Below, one piece after another: positions 60,632 through 64,000 of a stretch of 64,000 nt of DNA. Each line of letters opens with the position of its first letter. The first letter of the stretch is position 1. The notes beneath the pieces were generated by a model. The model saw only the letters and a program-made list of their open reading frames with translations. It made no database searches and had not been told where the DNA came from. A program made the position numbers and the translations under genes. This stretch comes from Acidobacteriota bacterium (lineage in GTDB: Bacteria; Acidobacteriota; UBA6911; RPQK01; JAJDTT01). Where the stretch lies: NCBI GenBank assembly GCA_965219005.1, contig CBDCMS010000003.1, positions 706,788-770,787 of the forward strand, read 5' to 3'.

Positions 60632-62392
60632 TTAGCGGCCCTTCTTCCGAGCAGCTTCCTTCACCTGCTCCGCAAAACGACCCTGTCGTGTGGCAGGGTT
60701 GGCCTGGCTTCGAGGATGTGGAGACACGCCCGGGGCGGGTTCAGTCGATCGAACACCCCACTGATCGGACCGATGCCGGATGAGTTCGAGCCAGCGGGCA
60801 TTGGCCTTGTTACGACTCAGACTTCCGTCCGGATCGGGCAGCGTGAAAGTATAGGAGTAGAGTTTGGCTTGCTTGAGATACAGCTTCAGGCAAATCCCAC
60901 CGAAGTGCTCGACGCTCAGCTCGTAGGGGGACCTGCCGCTTTTCCACCTGAGCTGCTGGCGGGTTTCGTCGTCCCGAAGGGGAATCGACTCCTGGCGCGT
61001 GAAACCCGCAATCGGATCGCCGTAGGGCGTGATCAGCTCGGCTTCGATCGAGCCTCCCTCGGCGTCGGCATTAACGAAGATCTGGTAGGGTGGGCCCCAC
61101 GGTTTGGTCATCAGCCAACCTTCTTCGGTTCCTGCGTCCAGCGACACCCAGTGATCCTCAGGCATACGCGCCAGCATCAGAACAGCCACGTTTCTCATGC
61201 CTTGGGACCGATCGTAGCTCAGCCAGTCCCACCAGGTGTGGTTCAAGCGGCTGGCGGAGTAGTAGATCCAGGTTTCACCGTCCCTAACCACGGGATTCTC
61301 AGCGGGGAAAACCATGCCGCCATCCTGCGCTCCTACCTTGCCGATAGGGACAACCGGAGAGCGATCGTCAGGCCGGTGCCAGGTCTGGCCATCCCGGCTG
61401 TAGGCCAGCGAGATCTCCAGCTGCCCCACCTTGCCCTTGGGATAATCTTTGGGCTTGTGATAGGCCGCGTAGGTGGGAGCGAAAGGGTGGACGTAGTAGG
61501 GGGTGATCATGCCCAGGAAGAAGCCCTCGTAGCGGAACACCGGCATGTCGTAGAGGTTGTACAGTTCGGGAGGATCCAGCTCGTCCCCGGCCACCAGGAC
61601 GCGCCCCTTGTCTTCCCAATTCACCAGGTCGTAGCTCTCGTATTGGGAGATGTCTCGGGGCACGTTGGGTACGCGGCGGGTCACCAGCACATACTTACGC
61701 CGGTCCTCATCGTAGAACAGGGTGTGGTTGTCGTCACTGATGCCTCTCAGCACCGGATTCACGTGACGGGGCCGCTCCCAGCGCAGCCCATCGTGGGAGT
61801 AGGCAAGGTTCAGACTCGAGTAGTGTTTAGCCCACAGGCCCTCCTCGCCAAACGTGCTGAACGTCATCTTGTAGCGCCGGGCGGGGATATCGCTGCGATC
61901 CTTGATGATGCTGTAGACGAAGTTGCGCTTGAAGGAGATAACCATGTTGTTCTCAGTGGAGCCGTTGGCTTCGACCAGTCCCAGAATCGGCTTCTCCCAC
62001 GTCAGCCCATCCTTGCTGGTTGCGTAGGCCACCCCTCGGGGACCGTCTGTCGTCTCCCCCTGCCAGCGCCCGAGGGTGTACCACATCTTGAAGATCTGTT
62101 CCTCCTCGTCGTATATGACGCTCACGTAATTGAGCTTGTCACCATCGGTTTCCCAGGGAGCGTCCAGACGCAGCACCGGTTCCGCCCGCTTGACTGCCTG
62201 GTTGACCTTGCGACGCAGATTCTGGCTCTCAAGTAGAGGCTCATCGTCTAGAAGCAAGAACTTGTAGCGGCAGAATCTCCGCTCCTCTGCCGCACCTTCC
62301 GGAGAGTTTGTCCAAGCTGGCTGAGCAAGGACCAGAAGCAACATGAGCTTGGACTGGACCCGGAATCGACCTCTGCTGAGTGATTTGTGCAT
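60632..62392 (-). CDS. Family A protein, divergent, with a ~70-residue C-terminal extension past the usual ...KLYSYTF ending
   Basis: Signal peptide MHKSLSRGRFRVQSKLMLLLVLAQPAWT; the ORF track starts at 62476. Motifs SKDGLTW and SRDGQTW. Confidence 0.7.
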   Translation of the reverse strand: MHKSLSRGRFRVQSKLMLLLVLAQPAWTNSPEGAAEERRFCRYKFLLLDDEPLLESQNLRRKVNQAVKRAEPVLRLDAPWETDGDKLNYVSVIYDEEEQIFKMWYTLGRWQGETTDGPRGVAYATSKDGLTWEKPILGLVEANGSTENNMVISFKRNFVYSIIKDRSDIPARRYKMTFSTFGEEGLWAKHYSSLNLAYSHDGLRWERPRHVNPVLRGISDDNHTLFYDEDRRKYVLVTRRVPNVPRDISQYESYDLVNWEDKGRVLVAGDELDPPELYNLYDMPVFRYEGFFLGMITPYYVHPFAPTYAAYHKPKDYPKGKVGQLEISLAYSRDGQTWHRPDDRSPVVPIGKVGAQDGGMVFPAENPVVRDGETWIYYSASRLNHTWWDWLSYDRSQGMRNVAVLMLARMPEDHWVSLDAGTEEGWLMTKPWGPPYQIFVNADAEGGSIEAELITPYGDPIAGFTRQESIPLRDDETRQQLRWKSGRSPYELSVEHFGGICLKLYLKQAKLYSYTFTLPDPDGSLSRNKANARWLELIRHRSDQWGVRSTEPAPGVSPHPRSQANPATRQGRFAEQVKEAARKKGR

Positions 62393-62866
62393 GCGGAAAT
62401 AATAACGTCGATTCGGCTGGAGCGAAACCATCCTGTTGCCCTTCGCCTGCCACGTTCTGGAGGCCTGAAATGCCAATTGGCTTCGGAAGGTCTTCCTGTG
62501 GACGATGCCCTGGAGATCTGCCGGACTTCATGCAGCAGGACCCTGTGGTATGGCAAGAATTATGGATATTGCCCACTTGTGAGCGTAATTCATGCTGTAA
62601 CCCATCCATCGAATCCGCATGGGAACGAATGAGGCGCGGATCCTCAGCACAAGAGTAGATGAAGAAGGTGCGCCCGTTCCGGGGATCGCACCAAAGACTG
62701 TCCAGTCCTTCCGGGGTCATGCGTTTCTGGAGCAGAAAACAGTCTACTGGTTTACTGCGGCAAAGGTGAAAAAGGCCACTCGCAGAGCGGCCACTACAAA
62801 TGGATTATCCATAAAATAATCATTTGTAATAGTTTAACAACAGAGTCTAGCAATATAGCTTCAGTT

Positions 62867-62901
62867 AGAAATAAGGGGACGGACGGCTCGGATATTGAGC
62901 T
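62867..62901 (-). terminator. Candidate rho-independent terminator for the minus-strand gene 62964..63452
   Basis: 8-bp GC-rich stem gggacgga/tccgtccc with an internal hairpin, followed on the minus strand by cttatttct. Confidence 0.4.
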
Positions 62902-62963
62902 ATCCGTCCCTTGTTCTCAGTGGGTGAGGGTGTCCCACTGCGTGGCGGGAAAAAGTTGGTCTC

Positions 62964-63452
62964 TTACTCGCCGACGATCTGAACAATGCGCTCCAGCGCC
63001 GCCTCGGCCTGACGCTGGCCGTGGACGAAAGGATCCACGCCTTCGGTTTCTGTCTCAGACGGCAAGCCGGACTCTTTGGGAAAGCGCGGCGGAATCACGA
63101 CGAAAACCGACTGCACCAGGAAGAAACTCCACAGGGCCGTCGGCATGCTTCCGGTCTGGTTGAACAGATAACCTGCAAATCCCAGGCCGGCCACGGATGT
63201 GACGCCGTCAAGAGCCGTGGCGACCAGACTGCGCTGAAAAAGCAGGGATCGGTTCACACTGACCAGGATGGCTAGAGCCCCGACCACGGCGGTGGGGGTG
63301 ATGGGCAGGAACGCGAGTCCCAGGCCTACCACCAGATTGGCCACAGCCAGGCTGAGGGCCCCGACCCGGGTGTTGGCAGTCCTTAGCAGATAGACACAGT
63401 AAGCCAGGTAAGGGGTACTAAGCAGATTGCTGCGATTTTTCACGTTAAGCAA
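62964..63452 (-). CDS. Hypothetical small membrane protein
   Basis: 162 aa with several hydrophobic helices (ALSLAVANLVVGLGLAFLPITPTAVVGALAILV...). A terminator-like hairpin lies downstream. Confidence 0.45.
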   Translation of the reverse strand: MLNVKNRSNLLSTPYLAYCVYLLRTANTRVGALSLAVANLVVGLGLAFLPITPTAVVGALAILVSVNRSLLFQRSLVATALDGVTSVAGLGFAGYLFNQTGSMPTALWSFFLVQSVFVVIPPRFPKESGLPSETETEGVDPFVHGQRQAEAALERIVQIVGE

Positions 63453-63625
63453 GCTATTTCAAAAAGCGACCCGTCGTAATGTTGCCCTTAAGTCCCGTAT
63501 TATCAGTGAGGTAAGTCAGTTCTTGCGCGAAAACGTTTGATGATCACAGTCTCGAAACTTCGAGGCCAAATGGCTTTTGGTATCTCTGGGCTGGAAAGAT
63601 ATAAGGCAAGCTATTTCATGCAGTT

Positions 63626-63692
63626 AAGGGTAGCGCCCAGATTGGTGTTGAAATACAACATAAGGACCCGTTCCTAGCGGACCAGGGCGCGA
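63626..63692 (+). repeat. Copy B of the dispersed ~67-bp repeat
   Basis: aagggtagcgcccagattggtgttgaaatacaacataaggacccgttcctagcggaccagggcgcga. Confidence 0.7.
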
Positions 63693-64000
63693 TCGGGGCC
63701 GTACTGGCCGTAGAGAACGACGTTGTCCCATTCGATCAGCTCCTCACGTGCTGCAGCAGCGTCTGGTTGACGCCTTCCTAAGCGGCATCGGCAGAGCGCA
63801 CCGTCTTCGGCTCCCCCGCGGCGGGCTGGGTGTCGAAAAAAACGACCGTTTTGCTCGACGCTATCCGACTATACAATGTTCGGATACTACAGTCAGCAAT
63901 CGTCGAAATAGACCGTGTTTCGCCTTTTCTTGGACGTCACGTGGAAACCAGTCTCTTGTCCGCTTGAGCGCCGCATCGAGGAGTTGCTGGGGACGCTTCA

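Noticed and set aside
1-64000. CRISPR arrays, tRNA and rRNA genes
   Set aside because: No regularly spaced direct repeats, cloverleaf-like tRNA sequences or rRNA-like stretches were seen on reading. The only tandem repeat is the ~30-bp ggttatag array at 51940.

Overview
This is GC-rich bacterial chromosomal DNA, about 58–64% GC, with a lower-GC block (about 45–55%) at roughly 24.4–38.6 kb. A DUF1553 remnant, an ASPIC/UnbV-like fragment and heavy paralogy suggest a PVC-superphylum (Planctomycetota-like) genome; that attribution is inference. The window is a carbohydrate-utilisation region that has been heavily remodelled by duplication and mobile elements.

At the left end there is a symmetric locus: SSF transporter (+), GHL10-like gene, GH42-like gene, BNR sialidase-like gene (−) and an inverted SSF paralog (−). 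A second BNR sialidase-like gene follows. Next is a degenerate DUF1553 fragment, then a sugar-acid module of an enolase-superfamily dehydratase and a D-2-hydroxyacid dehydrogenase.

The dominant feature is a strongly expanded family of secreted beta-propeller proteins with Asp-box-like motifs, here called family A. Each is about 500–560 aa with SxDG(I/L/V)HW motifs, a conserved C-terminal beta-sandwich and a near-invariant ending ...G(K/Q)P(V/I)RLRF(V/I)(M/F)K(D)A(D)LYS(I/F)RF. There are 12 apparently intact copies plus at least 3 fragments between about 13.6 and 62.4 kb. The fold looks like the GH32/GH43/GH130 furanosidase clan or a sialidase-like propeller, but the exact family cannot be assigned by eye.

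The GHL10-like and GH42-like gene pair lies in a near-identical 3.9–4.2 kb direct duplication (1819..6024 versus 17510..21372).

Mobile DNA is abundant:
- An intact IS4-family insertion with a perfect 9-bp target duplication sits just upstream of a truncated family-A gene.
- An intact IS1182-family element has 19-bp inverted repeats.
- Two independent IS91-like transposase C-terminal remnants and a reverse-transcriptase fragment abut family-A gene ends.
- A Tn3-family transposase is split by a nested ISKra4-family element that carries a DUF4338 gene.
- There are extra Tn3 N-terminal stubs, two MITE-like elements and a dispersed 67-bp repeat.

No CRISPR array, rRNA or tRNA was recognised. A 1.4-kb non-coding stretch at 46.3–47.7 kb holds long nested hairpins suggestive of a structured RNA or element remnant.
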